Below the pieces are notes generated by a model that was not told the origin of the DNA, did no database searches, and saw nothing but the letters and a program-made list of their open reading frames with translations. A DNA stretch of 64,000 nucleotides from Malacoraja senta (taxonomy: Eukaryota). The stretch spans positions 2,852,001-2,916,000 of the forward strand of contig CM075998.1 of the NCBI GenBank assembly GCA_038087875.1, written 5' to 3'. How positions within the stretch are numbered: position 1 is the stretch's first letter; each line of letters begins with the position of its first letter. Both the position numbers and the translations under genes were made by a program. Below, piece by piece: positions 12,117 through 26,900 of the stretch.

Positions 12117-14444
12117 GCAGTAAATTCACCTCTGTAGGAACAATGTCCCTATTTATCATACAGTAATGCAAAGATGCTACATTTTGTATTTAAAAAAGGT
12201 TTGTACAATCTAGCCAACATGATCATAAACGGTCTCTACATGTACCAGGGATGTACAGAATAAGCTTATTCCTGCAGGAGATTTAATACATAGAGCAAGA
12301 AACATCTTGGCTCTTTTGACATAAATTATATACAATTCAACTTATGTTCAGTACAAAAAAAACATGCCACATACAATAAAAAAGGATAATTTTAATTCAT
12401 TACCAGTGACAACATTTGCTGTACAGAATGCACACAACACAAACAAAAAAAACCCTTTCATATTCTAGAAGTTTTTTTGTCATTAAAAAATACTCAAATC
12501 TCTGCTTTTGTTTTTGCCCCAATTGCAAGGATAAAATGCACCACAAAATACCTAGCTCAGAGTGTAAACAGTATGAACAAGGCTTTACTGCAAACAGGAC
12601 ATTTTCATGTGTTAACTGAACATGTTCCAACAAATACATTATGTGACTGCAACCTCCCCTGCTTAGGGATGGAGGATCTCACAATGCATTCGGGCTCTGC
12701 GGACATCTTCAGTTAACATGAAAGAGCCCCATTTTTAAATTAGATTCTTCCATTAAAAGACACCCGGCCCCTATCAGTTGAAGAGGGGGTGAAATCAGCT
12801 TTTATTATAAAAACAGTAAAACACTGTAAGCTTAAATTTATCTAACATGATCTACATTACCTAGAATCTTCTCATTGCATGCTAATGTCTTCCCTGCTTC
12901 AATCCAACCAGCAGCTATTTTATATCACCAATACCAACCGTTCATTTGTACGAATGAGAATCTGATCCAGTGGTTTCTGCTTTGGAGATTTCTACAAGTT
13001 TGTATTTACATTTTTACAGTTGCAGCGTGGAGAAGATGCAGTGGGGGAAGCAGCTTTCACGAATCGCGCCAATAAAAAAAATCTCCCCCATCCAGACCTA
13101 TCCTACTGTTCCGAATAAAATTCACACTTTTATATATATATTACAGGAACAAAACTACAGTAAAATGACTTGTGGAATCAAGTAGGTAAGAAATCCTTCA
13201 GTGCAAGTCTCCTCTGCAAGAGATTTCAGAGAGAGTCCATTTGTGCGTTGAACCAAATGCCTTAACAATTTGCCCGTTTGATACTGACTGATCAGGATCA
13301 AGGAGGCCTCGGACCAAGTCTTCTTTGTGCCACCTTCCTTTTCACTATATTTTGCATTATTGATCAGCAACTGAGGACTTATAATTGATGTTATCCGTCC
13401 CCACTGTCCTCCTTGAAATCCCTCTGAATTATTCTAGTTTTAAAATAATATGAATTGTGTGATGGAAGAAATTCTCATCAATCTTGAAAATATGTGTTGT
13501 CAGGTCGACAGTTTAAAAGGGATCGTCAAGATTCAGAATTGAAAGCTGGTCAATTTATTTTGATCCTTTGTTTTCAACTGAGTTACAGATAGACCTTAAC
13601 AGTAACAGTATTATTATCGTGCTAGCCCCAGTGTCCCCGTTAATGAAATTCACTTCCAGTAACTTCCCAACACAGAACCATTAAAACTGGTCCTAGCGAG
13701 ACCTTACCAACGTGGATTGTCTTTCAAAAAGTATCTTTTGCACATTTATTTTTGAATAACCGTGTGTAAAAGATTAACATTTCTTACATGGTCACTCAGA
13801 TCGTACACACTGCGACCAACATGGATGGATGTTTACATTTCTCGGTTTCTATCAAGCTACGTCGTTACTTTTTTCCCCAAGATATTGGTCAAAAATTGAG
13901 TTTATTTCCTTTGAAATAAATAATCTGGTGATAATAACACACAAAAAGGGTATGTTACTTCAAAAATCAAAGATTTTGAAGTAGTAATCAGAAATGTTTA
14001 CAAACAAAATAAAAATATCCCACACTGATTCCCCGGGATACAATTAGGGCAAATAGTATGAGAAATCCAACATACTAATGCAGTTAAATTCATCACACCC
14101 AAGGGACACTATCTCTTTAAAACTCTAGTGTTTTTAGGAGTGCTGCTCATTACATTGCTGCCTTGGTTTCATAATCAATCCACTCCCACAAAAGTGTTTA
14201 TTTTACACGAACCCTGCAATATTCAAATATTCTTTTTAAAAAAACGTAATGGATGAAAATGCAATTCCCTTTGACTTTGATATGTACCACACCTCTGTCT
14301 AACATCAGAGACCACTTCCAGCAGAGTTAGGAAAGATATAGACTTTTCAATCCCAGTCTTCCCTCCTTTGGCTGAATTTCATTAGAAATATAACCTTTCC
14401 TATAGATTAAGTCCCATCAGAAAAGGGCTGCACAGGTGAGAGAT

Positions 14445-14451
14445 TCTCATT

Positions 14452-14484
<33 letters not shown>
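14445..14484. repeat. (TTCTCA)n/(CT)n microsatellite in the 3'UTR
   Basis: Seen directly. Confidence 0.9.
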
Positions 14485-14487
<3 letters not shown>

Positions 14488-14871
14488 GGAACTAGACAAA
14501 AGAAAATCCAGAGATTACATTCAGAAGCAACCCATAGACCTGGCAGAAAACGCAGTCATTGGCTGTGCATCTTAGTATCTTTGTACACCTGCTCAGTCCA
14601 TTTGTTTTAGTAACTCATTGTTTGCTAAATGTTGTTAAAAGGTTCTGCACTTCTGAGCTTAACAAGATCACTACACGAACTCCCAACCACAGATATACTC
14701 CCATCATGGATCGCAGTAAATACTTCATTGTGAACTAGTGAGAATTCTTCCCATCTTCATGAAGGAGGATCTGTCAGAACGATTTATCCAAGTATAGCAG
14801 ATGTTGACTAGAGTTCTGAACCATCTGAAATTATTGTGAATTCTGAGTCAGCTAAACTTGCTCGGATTGCC

Positions 14872-14964
14872 TTAGTTCATCCATTTTCTGCAGTTGAGAG
14901 CTCCACAATGGCATGGAATCTTGTGCTGATCATCTTCAAAATCAAACTTATAGTCATATGTCAA
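14872..14964 (-). CDS. KMT2D: KMT2D terminal coding exon, post-SET ([30 protein letters not shown])
   Basis: cttcag acceptor; TAA stop at 14872-14874. Confidence 0.97.
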   Translation of the reverse strand: MTYDYKFDFEDDQHKIPCHCGALNCRKWMN

Positions 14965-17900
14965 CTGAAGGAAGAAAAATAATTATTAATGCAGGAACTA
15001 TTTACTGAACAATCAACATTCAGAGTGTACACAAAGAAGGCCAAATGGCTCCTCAGCCTGTTCTATCAATCAATAAGATTATGGCTGATCTGCTCTGCAT
15101 TCTTCTATATCTGTGGTAAGCAAATGAATGAAAGGTTACCAAGTATCTATTTCCCTCGGTCTTAGAAATATTCTAAGATTACCATTTCCACCAAATGGAA
15201 ACAAAGGATGATATGCTGGATGTGGAGGCTAGTGGGGGTGAAGACCAAGGGAACTCTTTTGATGTTGTCTGTGGTGAGGGCAGGAGGCAGAGGAAGCAGA
15301 CATCTGGGAAAAAGATGAAATGCCAGCGAGGGCTCCATCAACCATGGTGGAGGGGAACCCACGTTCCCTGAAAAAGGATATTTCAGAAGTCCTGGAACGA
15401 AAAGCCTCACCTCGGCTTTGTCCTGCCCCTCCTCTCATCAAGCTTTCTTTCCCTCCCCTCCACAATCAATTCGAAGAAGGGTCTCGACCGGAAACGTCAC
15501 CTATCCATGTTCTCCAAGAGATTAGTGTGCAAAAGTAGAGTGCATGGTATTGGGGGTAGGGTATTGACATGGATAGAGAACTGGTTGGCAGCGATGGCAC
15601 CCCACTTCTAAAATCATACCAATCAGTAAAAAGACCCATTAATGTCTATTCCTGGTTCCTGTTAGCCAGTAAACTTTCTATCCATGCTAATATGAAACCT
15701 CCTACACCAAGATGTTTTATCTTCCCCTAATGCAGCACCCTCTGGAAAATTAAGTACAGTATACCCACCATTTTCCTTTTATCGACATTATTTATTTTGA
15801 GATAACTAAACTGGTCAGCTGATGTAATTTTTGATTATGTAGTTATTAAATTATACAGCCTCCCAATTTATTACAAATCAATAACTTTACAAAGAGGAAA
15901 ATATATTTAAAATAAGCTCAGACTGAAATATACAACAATAAATCTTTTCACTTTTGTTGCCTATCTCTACAACATTTATGTTTTTATAATGAAACTTAGT
16001 GCAGATAGAAACATAGAAAATAGGTGCAGGAGTAGGCCATTCGGCCCTTCGAGCTTGCACCGCCATTCAATATGATCATGGCTGATCATCCAACTCAGTA
16101 TCCTGTACCTGCCTTTTCTCCATACCCCCTGATCCCTTTAGCCACAAGGGCCACATCTAACTCCCTCTTAAATATAGCCAATGAACTGGCCTCAACTACC
16201 TTCTGTGGCAGAGAGTTCCAGAGATTCACCACTCTCTGTGTGATAAATGTTTTTCTCATCTCGGTCCTAAAGGATTTCCCCTTAATCCTTAAACTGTGAC
16301 CCCTTGTCCTGGACTTCCCCAACATTGGGAACAATCTTCCTGCATCTAGCCTGTCCAACCCCTTAAGAATTTTGTAAGTTTCTATAAGATCCCCCCTCAA
16401 TCTTCTAAATTCTAGCGAGTACAAGCCAAGTCTATCCAGCCTTTCTTCATATGAAAGTCCTGACATCGCAGGAATCAATCTGGTGAACCTTCTCTGTACT
16501 CCTTCTATGGCAAGAATGTCTTTCCTCAGATTTGGAGACCAAAACTGTACGCAATACTCCAGGTGTGGTCTCACCAAGACCCTGTACAACTGCAGTAGAA
16601 CCTCCCTGCTCCTATACTCAAATCCTTTTGCTATGAATGCTAACATACCATTCGCTTTCTTCACTGCCTGCTGAACCTGCATGCCTACTTTCAATGACTG
16701 GTGTACCATGACACCCAGGTCTCGTTGCATCTCCCCTTTTCCTAATCGGCCACCATTTAGATAATAGTCTACTTTCCTGTTTTTGCCACCAAAGTGGATA
16801 ACCTCACATTTATCCACATTATACTGCAAGATCATGCTTGTGCTATTTTTCATTTGAAATGAAAGGAATATTTTTAGAATGCAGCAAATTTTACAGCTTT
16901 CAACATATATCTCGAGGGAATGTTACATGGATACTTAGCGGGTGGTGGGAGGAGAGACTGATGGTGACCAGAAATACCCAGAGGCTTAAGCAAGTCGTTT
17001 CATATCAATCTATTAGTTCTATGTGCTAAATAATAGTCCACACGCAGGGCTGCAAACATGTCAGAAAATAGAATTCATCTCAAGGGCAACTGATTTTCTT
17101 AAAACATTACATCCACCTGGTCTGTCTGAAGAAGGACCCCGACTCAAAATGTCACCTACAGAGTTTTCTCCAGAGATGCTTCCTGGCCCACTGAATTACT
17201 GCAGCATTTTGTGCCTATTTTTGGTACACACCACCAACTGCAGTTCCTTTTTATTATGTCGGTTTTGTTATCCATTATGTAACATTTTGGACTAAACTAG
17301 CAACACACAAGTAACGAAGTGAGCAAACTTACTCTTGGGCTTGCTATACCTCAGATAAGCATCAGTGTGAACATTGCATTTCTTGTATTATTTCTTATCT
17401 TCCTTTTCCTCTTTTTTTTTAACCACTTACCTCTTCACCTTTTGGAATTCGCCTGCTTGAGATAATGATTATTTTGTCCTCCTTGTCAAAGGTCACAACC
17501 TCTGCCACACAGTTAGGGGCACAGGAATGATTGATATATCTGCACAGTAGACATTTTTTTTCCCCGAGAAAAGAGAAAAGCAGCCAGTCAACATCACAAA
17601 AGTACATATAGAAAAAACAAACAAATTATAATACAATCATGGTTCAGCAGATTTCAAAATATAAAAAGCAATATCGCAAGTTCAACAATTAGTAAAGTTA
17701 CTTCCAGTACTGATGCATAATACTGGGATGTAAATACATTGAGTAGAATGCAAAACAAAGCTGTCAATGTAGTAATAAAAGTTTTAAAATAATTAATTCC
17801 CAAATATCCTATTTATAAAAAAAACATTAATTTCCTTACTAATCAGCAACAAAATAAGGCTCCTTGTCAAAAGTCACAGGTTATAGCAGGGTTCTGATCC

Positions 17901-20900
17901 TGAAAGATGTTCGTGACCGGAACAGTTTACAAGTGGGAAATGAGGTTGCAAGGCTTAGTTCCTACACGGCAGAAGGTGCTTGCAGCGTTGCAGCAGTAGG
18001 CAAACCCACCCTGCTACTGTCCTGAACGCTCATTCATATGTACGGGCAGTACACAAGTCGAGCTGGGGAAGATCTGCACATCTATCTAATACTTACAACC
18101 ACCATTTTATGTCAGACTTTGCAGGATCACCCTTCTGATGAGATAACCTAGATGTGGATTTCTACATTCTCTTAGATGCAAAGACTGTATAGATGAGGAC
18201 AGCAAAGAAACAGGGTAGAGTCTCCCAAGAGAATAATAAAAATCAGACTCATTGCTTGTAAATCACTGAAGTTACCAAATTTCATATTTCATAACACCTG
18301 CTGATGTCATCCCACCAGAAAGTCACCTACCTGGCTGGGCCTCCAGTTAAAGTAGCATCAATCACATGCTCATTATTAATCCGAAACATATAAACACCTC
18401 GATTCTGAAGAAAAAACAGAAACAATCCTTAGCTTCCTATCCACTTCTCTTCCGCCCTTCGAACAGTTTTATAACTTTGGAATGCTCAGTTTTACACTGT
18501 TAATGCAATTTCATGCTTCAGATAATAGTTCCGAGTCGAAGTAGCTCCAATGTTAGTTACAAAACTTAACGTGAGAAACTGCCACTATGTCAACAGTAAA
18601 GGAAGGAGCATAGAAATCTGCGTCCTTTGTACCGTTCTACTGATGCTACAGTATTTCATAACGTCACCCATTCCTTCTCAGCAGAAATGCTGCCCGTCCC
18701 GCAGAGTTACTCCAGTATTTTGTGTCTATCTTTGGTGTAAACAAGCATCTGTAGTTCCTTCCTATACATAAGTTCTATACATTATATACTGTTTGAGTAT
18801 ATAACATATAATCGCACATATATTATCTGATATAGGTTATTTGACAGAACAATTTAACCTACATCAAATTTCATACATAGGCACAAGAACGTCACCCAAT
18901 ATTATATTCTGATACACAACAGTAGCTACAGCTAACAACATGTATATCTTTCACCACTAAATTTAATAAATGATGCATTATTCTGACAAAACATATCACA
19001 CCTAGACAAAAATCGGCCTTTTTAAGCTTACTTCCAATTGGTTTGGAATCATAGAATCACACTCCAGGGAATTAAGCAAATATGGAGCACTTTTGCAGAA
19101 GTGCCATGGGCAGCTGGGCTGCCTATGTCACTATTCAACCCAGCTGCCTTGTGCGATCTCTATGAAACAGTTATGCACTTACCTATTTCCCTGCCCATAC
19201 TCTTAAAAAGTTTCTTTTAAAAAGGAAGTGGGATAAATGCTTAAAAAAAAGGTCACAATATAAGCATAACCTTTGTCATCAGTTCCTTATATTACTTGGG
19301 TTTTGCAGTTGTAAAAACAAATCTCCATCCCAAATATAGCCAGTCCATTCCCAGAGTCTCCAATGCTGCTCAGAGGTCTGTCCATCTCCCAGTCATAGCT
19401 TTGTTGATATGGACAGTACCTGAATATTACATGTCAACTGTTTACATCATAGTTGTAGACTGTGGGCGGCGCAGCGGTAGAGTTGCTGCCTTACAGCATT
19501 TGGAGCACCGGAGACCCGGGTTTGATCTCGACTACGGGTGCGGTCTGTACGGAGTTTGTACGTTCTCCCCGTGGCCGCGTGGATTTTCCCCGGGTGCTTC
19601 GGTTTCCTCCCACACTCCAAAGACGTGCAGGTTTGTAGGTTGATTGGCTTGGTACAAGTGTAAATTGTCCCTAGTGTGCGTAGTATAGTGTTAGTGTGCG
19701 GGGATCGCTGGTCGATGCAGACTTGGTGGGCCGAAGGGCCTGTTTCCGTGCTGTATCTCTAAACTAAAAAAAATCAGCAAAACTACGACTGAGAATTACA
19801 TTACAGGGATAAATACCAGCAGGGTAACACAAAAGCTGACTGTATTAGAATGGAAAAGTAATATGCCTGACAATCTTTTCATTTTAAACTTGAAACTAAA
19901 TTTGACTTGATGGCATAACAATTAAGGTGATAAAATGAATCAGCCTTATCAATAAATTAGCTTACTAATTGAGTTTGAAGCAGTATACAACATAACTGCA
20001 CACAGATGAAGCTAATCCATACCTGAGTCTCATATAATTTCTCCCTGCGATTTGCAACCTCATTGCGAATGATTGTCCCAATATATTCAATCACCATTGT
20101 GTGCTTCTCAAGGTCTTTGGCTGCATAGAGACCCAGACCCTATAAAACATGGAAACAAAAGTAGTACAAATATTGTAATGAATTCCATCAATACTAAGAA
20201 CTGTGAAGGGTTCATTATTGATAGCTGGGAGCCTCGAGGTTTAACCTATGAACATATCATTGAAGCCCAATACTGAAAAATATACAAACTGATATTATAC
20301 CGTCACAATTCACAAATATTATAAGATAAGAAATGTGCTATAAATTTCAATACAAGAGAAATATTTTAACGTACTGTTTGGTGTGTAGCAGTTTATAGCA
20401 AACACAGAAAACTGTAAACACAAGAACATATGACGGCAGAAAAATAGCCAAGAATCTAGAATAGAAGCTAATGTACAGACATATGAAGTGATCATCATTA
20501 AAATTATGGTTATGCAAGCGTGAAATTGTTCTCTGGGGACAATTCTCAATTAAAATCTGGAGGATACCAAACACAAATATTAAAGAAATGAAATAGAACT
20601 TTGATTCCAGAGTACACAATTTGTTTAACTAGCATTTCTCATCTTGTTGGTGTTAAACTCACTTGTATTCGAGATCGAGCCAGGTAAACGTTATTTTTCC
20701 ATTCAGTTTTCAGTCTGCGGTATTGAGAAGATTTGGAGTGGACAAACTGCTTGCTGTAGGGAGTGTTAATTTCTCCAGTTACTGTACTCTGAAATGCTTT
20801 TGATGTGCTGGTACTGTTCAAGGTGTGTGGCCTTTTATGGAGATGGAAAAACAATTTATAATTGGACAATTATATCCTGTAATTCATAAAATTACATTTG

Positions 20901-23900
20901 CTATTTTTAAATAACAAAACAAAGAGAGACTTTGCAGGAGCAAAGCCTTTAGATCTTTGGAGACATCCTCATTAGCTGAACTAAAGACTAAACATGCATT
21001 TTGGGCCATCAGTGCTCTCTACGCATCAGAATTCTGTATAGAACTTCGAACAGTACTGTACAGGTACACATCCTTTGTGCTTTGTCCAATGATGCCAAAT
21101 TAAACTAATACCTCCCTGAACATGATCCATATCCCTCCTTGCATATCCACGTGCCTATCTAAAAGGCTCTTAAATCCCACTAGTGTATCTGCCTCACCAC
21201 CAGCCCAGGTGGCATGTTCCAGACACCCACCATCCTCTGTACAAAACCTCCCACCTCCCGGCCCCATCTCTACTTCCACTATATGCGCCTTTCATTATTC
21301 CACCTGCACCCCCCCCCCCCCCGCATCCTTCTAAATTTCAGCGAGTAGAGGCCCAGAGCGTCAAACACTCATCATATGTTAACAGTCATCCTGGGATCAT
21401 CTTCGTAAACCTCCTCTGGACTCCTCCTACGCCAGCACATCCCTCCTCAGATGTTGTCCATAGTAGTTTAAATCTCATAACATAGATCACTTTGTTATAC
21501 TTGGTCCTGTCTGCAGCATGTTGATGCCATCGTTAGTGGTAATTTATTTTCTCTATACTTACCGTTTGTAGTGAGTCATAATCTTTGGTTCAGAACGGGC
21601 ACAGCCTGTTGGATTAACAGCTAGTGGGAGCTCCATAAGTGGGTGCCGACCATAGCGGAATATGTAGTTCTGACAACTCTCTACGCCTGGCAACTAAAAG
21701 TAAACAAAATTAATTCATAAAATAATGTTATAGTTTTTAAAACATAAAGAACTCTTGAGCCTAGTCAATGCCAATTTATGCCAACTTTAAATTATTGTGC
21801 TTATAATCAGAAATAGCAAAATTCAGAAAACAACTTTACCACTCCACTCAACCAAAACTGCCCATCTCACACAATGATAAATCTCTTGGATTTCAATAAG
21901 TCAAATTAAAACATTCCCTTCATACCTCCACCAGAGTCTTAGGGGCACCGTACGATGGCAGCTCCGTCGGCAGTCTGTTCGTTTTTTTATTTATTTTATT
22001 TTTAGTGTTTGTTAAAAGTTTGTTTTAATGTTCTCCGGTTTGTCTTATGTGGGGGGAGGGGGAGGGGATCGGGGGAAACCTTTTTTTCAGGTTCTCACCT
22101 TGCCGGAGATGCAATTGATTTTCGCATCGCATTCTCCAGGAGCTCTGCGGCCTTCCATCGATGGAGCTGGAGGCCTCCTCGGACTGTCGTGAGCCCCACC
22201 GCGGGGCGTGGACTTAACATCGGAGCTGATCCCTTACCTGGGATCGCTCCAACCACGGCCTGCGGCCTTACCATCAAGCTCGCAGTCTCGGGAGAGGCCG
22301 AGTCGGGAAGCTCCAACGACGCAGAAGGTTCGACCAGCCCCGACGGGAGGTTCGATCGTCCAGCGCGAGGGAGCTGACTTCCCCCCCCGATGCGGGAGTG
22401 GATCGCCTCAACACGGAGGGCCAAAACGCCGCCGGCTACGGGAGTCAAGATCGTCCCGTCAACGGAGGGCTCGAGGCCCCCGACCGCGGGAGAACAAAGG
22501 GAAGGGACTTGAACTTTATTTTGCCTTCCATCACAGTGAGGAATGTGTAGGAGTCACTGTGGTGGATGTTCATGTTAAAATGTGTTTTTGAGTGATCTGT
22601 TACTTTTTATTGTATGACTGACCAGGCAAATGAGATTCCTCGTATGTTGCAAAACCTACCTGGCAAATAAAGTACTATTCTGATTCTGATAGTTCATTTC
22701 TTTCAAACTAACAAATAAATCAGGAGCAGGAGCAAGCCACCAATCCTCCAAAAAAAATATCCTGTGATTATAACCTCAACTCTGCATTCCTACACATCTT
22801 GGTAACTTATCATCCCCATGCTATCAAATATTTATGCCACCTCTGCCTTAAAAATATTCAACATTGCCTCCATTGCTGTTGCAAAGAGAGTTCCAAAGAC
22901 TAACGTCTCTCAGAGAAAATGTATGCACCTCCTTTCTGTCTAATACAGTCCCATAATGATTGGGACAAAGACCCATCATTTATTTATTTGGCTCTGTACT
23001 TCACAATTTGAGATTTGTAATAGAAAAAAATCACATGTGGTTAAAGTGCACACTGTAAGAAAAAGGCCATTTTTATACATTTTGGTTTCACCATGTAGAA
23101 ATTACAGCAGTGTTTATACATAGTCCCCCCCCCGTTTCTGGGCACCATAATGTTTCCCAGAGAATGGCACCAGAAGGATACTAGATGGCAAGATTGAAAA
23201 CTATCTGAACTTCCAGGAATCTGCTTGTAAGATACCATGATTCATTGCTCTCCTATGAACTATCGCAAGATTATGCACTGTTATTACCAAATAATGGACA
23301 ATCTTGCATCATTTACTAACTTCCACCAAAAACAATGTTTTCACCATTTCTGCCCTGCTTCATCCTACCCCCATCTCCAAATCACTTTCAATCAACAATT
23401 CTGTGCCTCAGCACATAACGTTTGTGTTGCTGGATTTTACACACGTCTATATCTACTTACATACATAAAACTATTGCTATCTGAATGGCTATTTTTACTG
23501 AAAAAACCTTGACCAGTCTACCCATGGGCCAGCTTCTCATCCACTCTACATTCAACTCTCATCTCAGCAAGCCATTCACAAACCTAATTTTCCCTTGCGT
23601 TCTGTCAGGATTGAAGTGACTACTGGATATAATCACAGCGCATATCTGCTCCATTTTGGACATCCTGTTTCAGGACTACAACACATCACCATCCTTCATA
23701 TATTCCCTCCCCATCTTTCTCCTTATTTTCACGTCATCTTATGACATTTATTAGTCTCTACAGTGGAGGGAGGCACAGTAGCCCATCTTAGTGAAGATTT
23801 AATAGATTTTTACATTATATGCTGAACCAATAATAAGTACTTCAAGAACTTGAATTTGCAGGTACTTCTTTATTTGGGGCTTATCTTTTCTTACCGATTC

Positions 23901-26900
23901 TGCGATCCTCAGGACAGCGTGGATAGTCAGACCAAACATATCCTCTCCTTTAATATAATCAGGAAAAAGTCTCAGCATGTCTGCTTCTTTACGCAGCCGC
24001 ACAATCGGGTCAAGAATTCTGTTCCAAACTCCTAAGAAATGAGAGGATGTGGAAAATACACACTGGTTATTTACAAGTTATGGTTCAACAGCTTAACTAC
24101 CAAAAAATACTCAATTCCAAAATGTTTCACTTTCCCAACCCGTTTGCACTGACTAAAGCATGTCAATGGATCAGCAGCACAACATACGGTGGTATTAGAC
24201 GCACTCTTCCATTATGCTAAATGTACCACAGATATCTGTCCTGTCTGCTATGAAACGGTAGCTGACCACATATGGCAATAATGGAAATTATGAGTAGCAT
24301 TTGAAAATAGAACCAAATAATACATTTTTAACAAGACATTAACAGAATAATAATTTCTATAGATCACAATCATAAAAACAGGACAGAATACAAGGTTGTC
24401 ATTTGACACATTGAATCTGCACCCGTGTGCTTAAAGAACATTACAATTAGTAAATATAGTCAGGAATAAACAATTCCAACACTATAAATTTAAGAGTGAA
24501 AGCCAACTGCATAAACTGCCCTGAAGCTACATAGGATGAGATACTAACATTTAAAATAACACAAGTGGGAGAGGAAGTATTGCATTCAAAGTGATATGGC
24601 ATGTTTCACAAAATAATATTAAGAGGCAGGCATCCTGTTGACATTTTTGGAGTTAAGGATTGGATGGGGCCATCAAGTATTTCTAAACTGCAGCAATATT
24701 TTAGCTCAATATTTATTCCGAACATGATTTGGTCATATTTTACCTTGTGGGGTCCAATCAGTAACAATCAAATCCTCATGTCCTTGTTCAATAATCTGGA
24801 CATCAAACTCGGGTTTTCCATTAGTATCATTGATGGTGCAGTGGTAGCAGCAACGCCTGTTGGTGTATCGCATACTCCAATAAATTCGAGTCGCTTCAAA
24901 TCCAATTGGATAAAGAGCGGTTACACTGTGGAATTCCTGCATCTGATGGGGGAGCAACTGACCGATGGTATGAAATATCAGGCCGCCAACCCTGAACATA
25001 TGGCTGCGTTTGCCACGCTGCACAATGCTAGCAATCTGCTTCACCTCATCTCTCTGAATGTAGACGCGGCGGTAAACGGCAAAACAACGAATTTCCTGTT
25101 CATTTGCCCCTTTCAATTTATGTTGACTGCAGAGCATGGTCTTGTCCTTAAAAAACATACACCGGGCACGGATAGCACAAGCAAAATGGTAGGTGTTTGG
25201 GCACCGAACCCGATGACAACCGGTAGTGGCACCGGTCTTTTGACAAAAAGCACACTTTGTGGTGAGTCCCCTGTGGAAAGCCACTTCCACATTTATCAGT
25301 GCCCCTGCCTGAGTCTCATAAACTTCAGAGGACCACAACGCACAGTTTAGATGGACCCACAAATCCAAATCCAGATTCAAGAGTCTTGCTGGCCCATCTG
25401 TTGTTCCATCACCATCTTCATGACAGAAGCAGCACCGCCGAGTGTCCTTGGGCATGGGGTCTGGTTTTAATGATGTCCCCAGCTTCTGAATGAGTTCTTC
25501 AATTTCATGTTGTGAGACATGTTTAAATTTCCCTTTATGAAATATGAGTTTAAATTCCAAACGCTTCCAACGGATTCCTCGCCATCTCTTCATCAGTGGT
25601 TGAGGTTCTTCAAACTGCTTTTCATCCAGTGGAAGAGGATGCTTGATCTTTGGTGATTCAATTGATGGATCAGGCTTACTTGACTCTGCTGGAGTTCCAG
25701 GTGATGATATACTTGGGGATGAGGGTGGAGAACTCTCTGGCTGTATTATGGGAAGCTGGTGAACATCGAGTATAGACATATTATTGCTATAATGATGCAC
25801 CACAATTCTTTCCTTGGTTGGACATTCTGAGGAAGTTTCCTGAAGAGAGAATAGCAATAGAAGCCATTATGTTTTGAAACAACATAAGTTACCAATATAT
25901 TGAAAACAACAATCGGTTTCTCACTTTAAAAAAAGCGTCATTCAAATCTTTTTGCACAGCGACTCCGCGGCAACACTGGCTTCAGCCAATTTTCATTCCC
26001 CAATGCATCTGATTTGAAAATTCTTGACCTTATCTGGTAGTCTCTCCACATTTTGCTCTCCATACCTCTGCAACCTCTTCCCACTCTAGCTAAGCTCACA
26101 TTGCTAATTGCCTTCTGCCAAGGGATGTCGTTTATGTTTGCAGACCATTTAAATACTTTTAAGTTCAGTCACAAGTGTCAACATCAACTGTAAGAAATGC
26201 ACCAGCCAATCTTTGTACACTAAGTTCCTAAAAAGATCAATGATAGGACCAGGTAATTAGTTTTAGTGATGTTGAATGAAGGACATTGTGGATACCACCT
26301 TTAATTTGTTTAAGTTCACAAGACAACCCATTAGGTTTCTGTTTAGTGTGTCATCTGAAAGATCTGCCACAGTACATTGTAGCACTGAATAAGTACTGCA
26401 TTAAAGTGATGCGTATATTTTTCAATTCACATCTCTGGAGACAGAATTGAAAGCTTTCTGACCATCAAGATTGCTACCAGCTGAGTCATGGATGTCACTG
26501 AAAACATGAACGCTTTCTTCTTTAAAAAACAACTTCTCTACTGTTCTCAAAGTGTGTTTGAAAATCATGTTGGTGTAGCAACCAAATTTCATCTGGCAGT
26601 GTGGGGTCTTGACCATCAACCACTGTGACATGTAAGTGGATTAAAGTTGAACATTTTACTAAATGATCAATCCAGCTGTCAATGACATCATCATATACAA
26701 TTGTCAAGATACCTTCAGGCGGAAATAAACTAAAAAGAGCAATTGTAGTTAATTTCAGGAAAATTAGGAAACTTCTCCGAGTACTTAAGCAAGCTCCAAG
26801 AAATCAGGGATTTCCATAACCATCGCCAGTCATACTTAAATATCCCTCTCCCCATCGAAATGTATCCCAATAGCCACATGCTCGTCAGCTGGGTGTATAC

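Larger units (their letters stand above)
12080..14871 (-). other. KMT2D: Probable KMT2D 3'UTR (~2.8 kb)
   Basis: Follows the stop codon; AT-rich; no recognisable TEs; U-rich tracts and clustered UGUA motifs ahead of ATTAAA/AATAAA. The exact 3' end is inferred. Confidence 0.6.

Noticed and set aside
16095-16853. 252-aa ORF as a host gene
   Set aside because: It is the C-terminus of a truncated CR1 ORF2.
24601-25350. 249-aa plus-strand ORF
   Set aside because: Antisense shadow of the PHD/FYRN exon; no recognisable protein.
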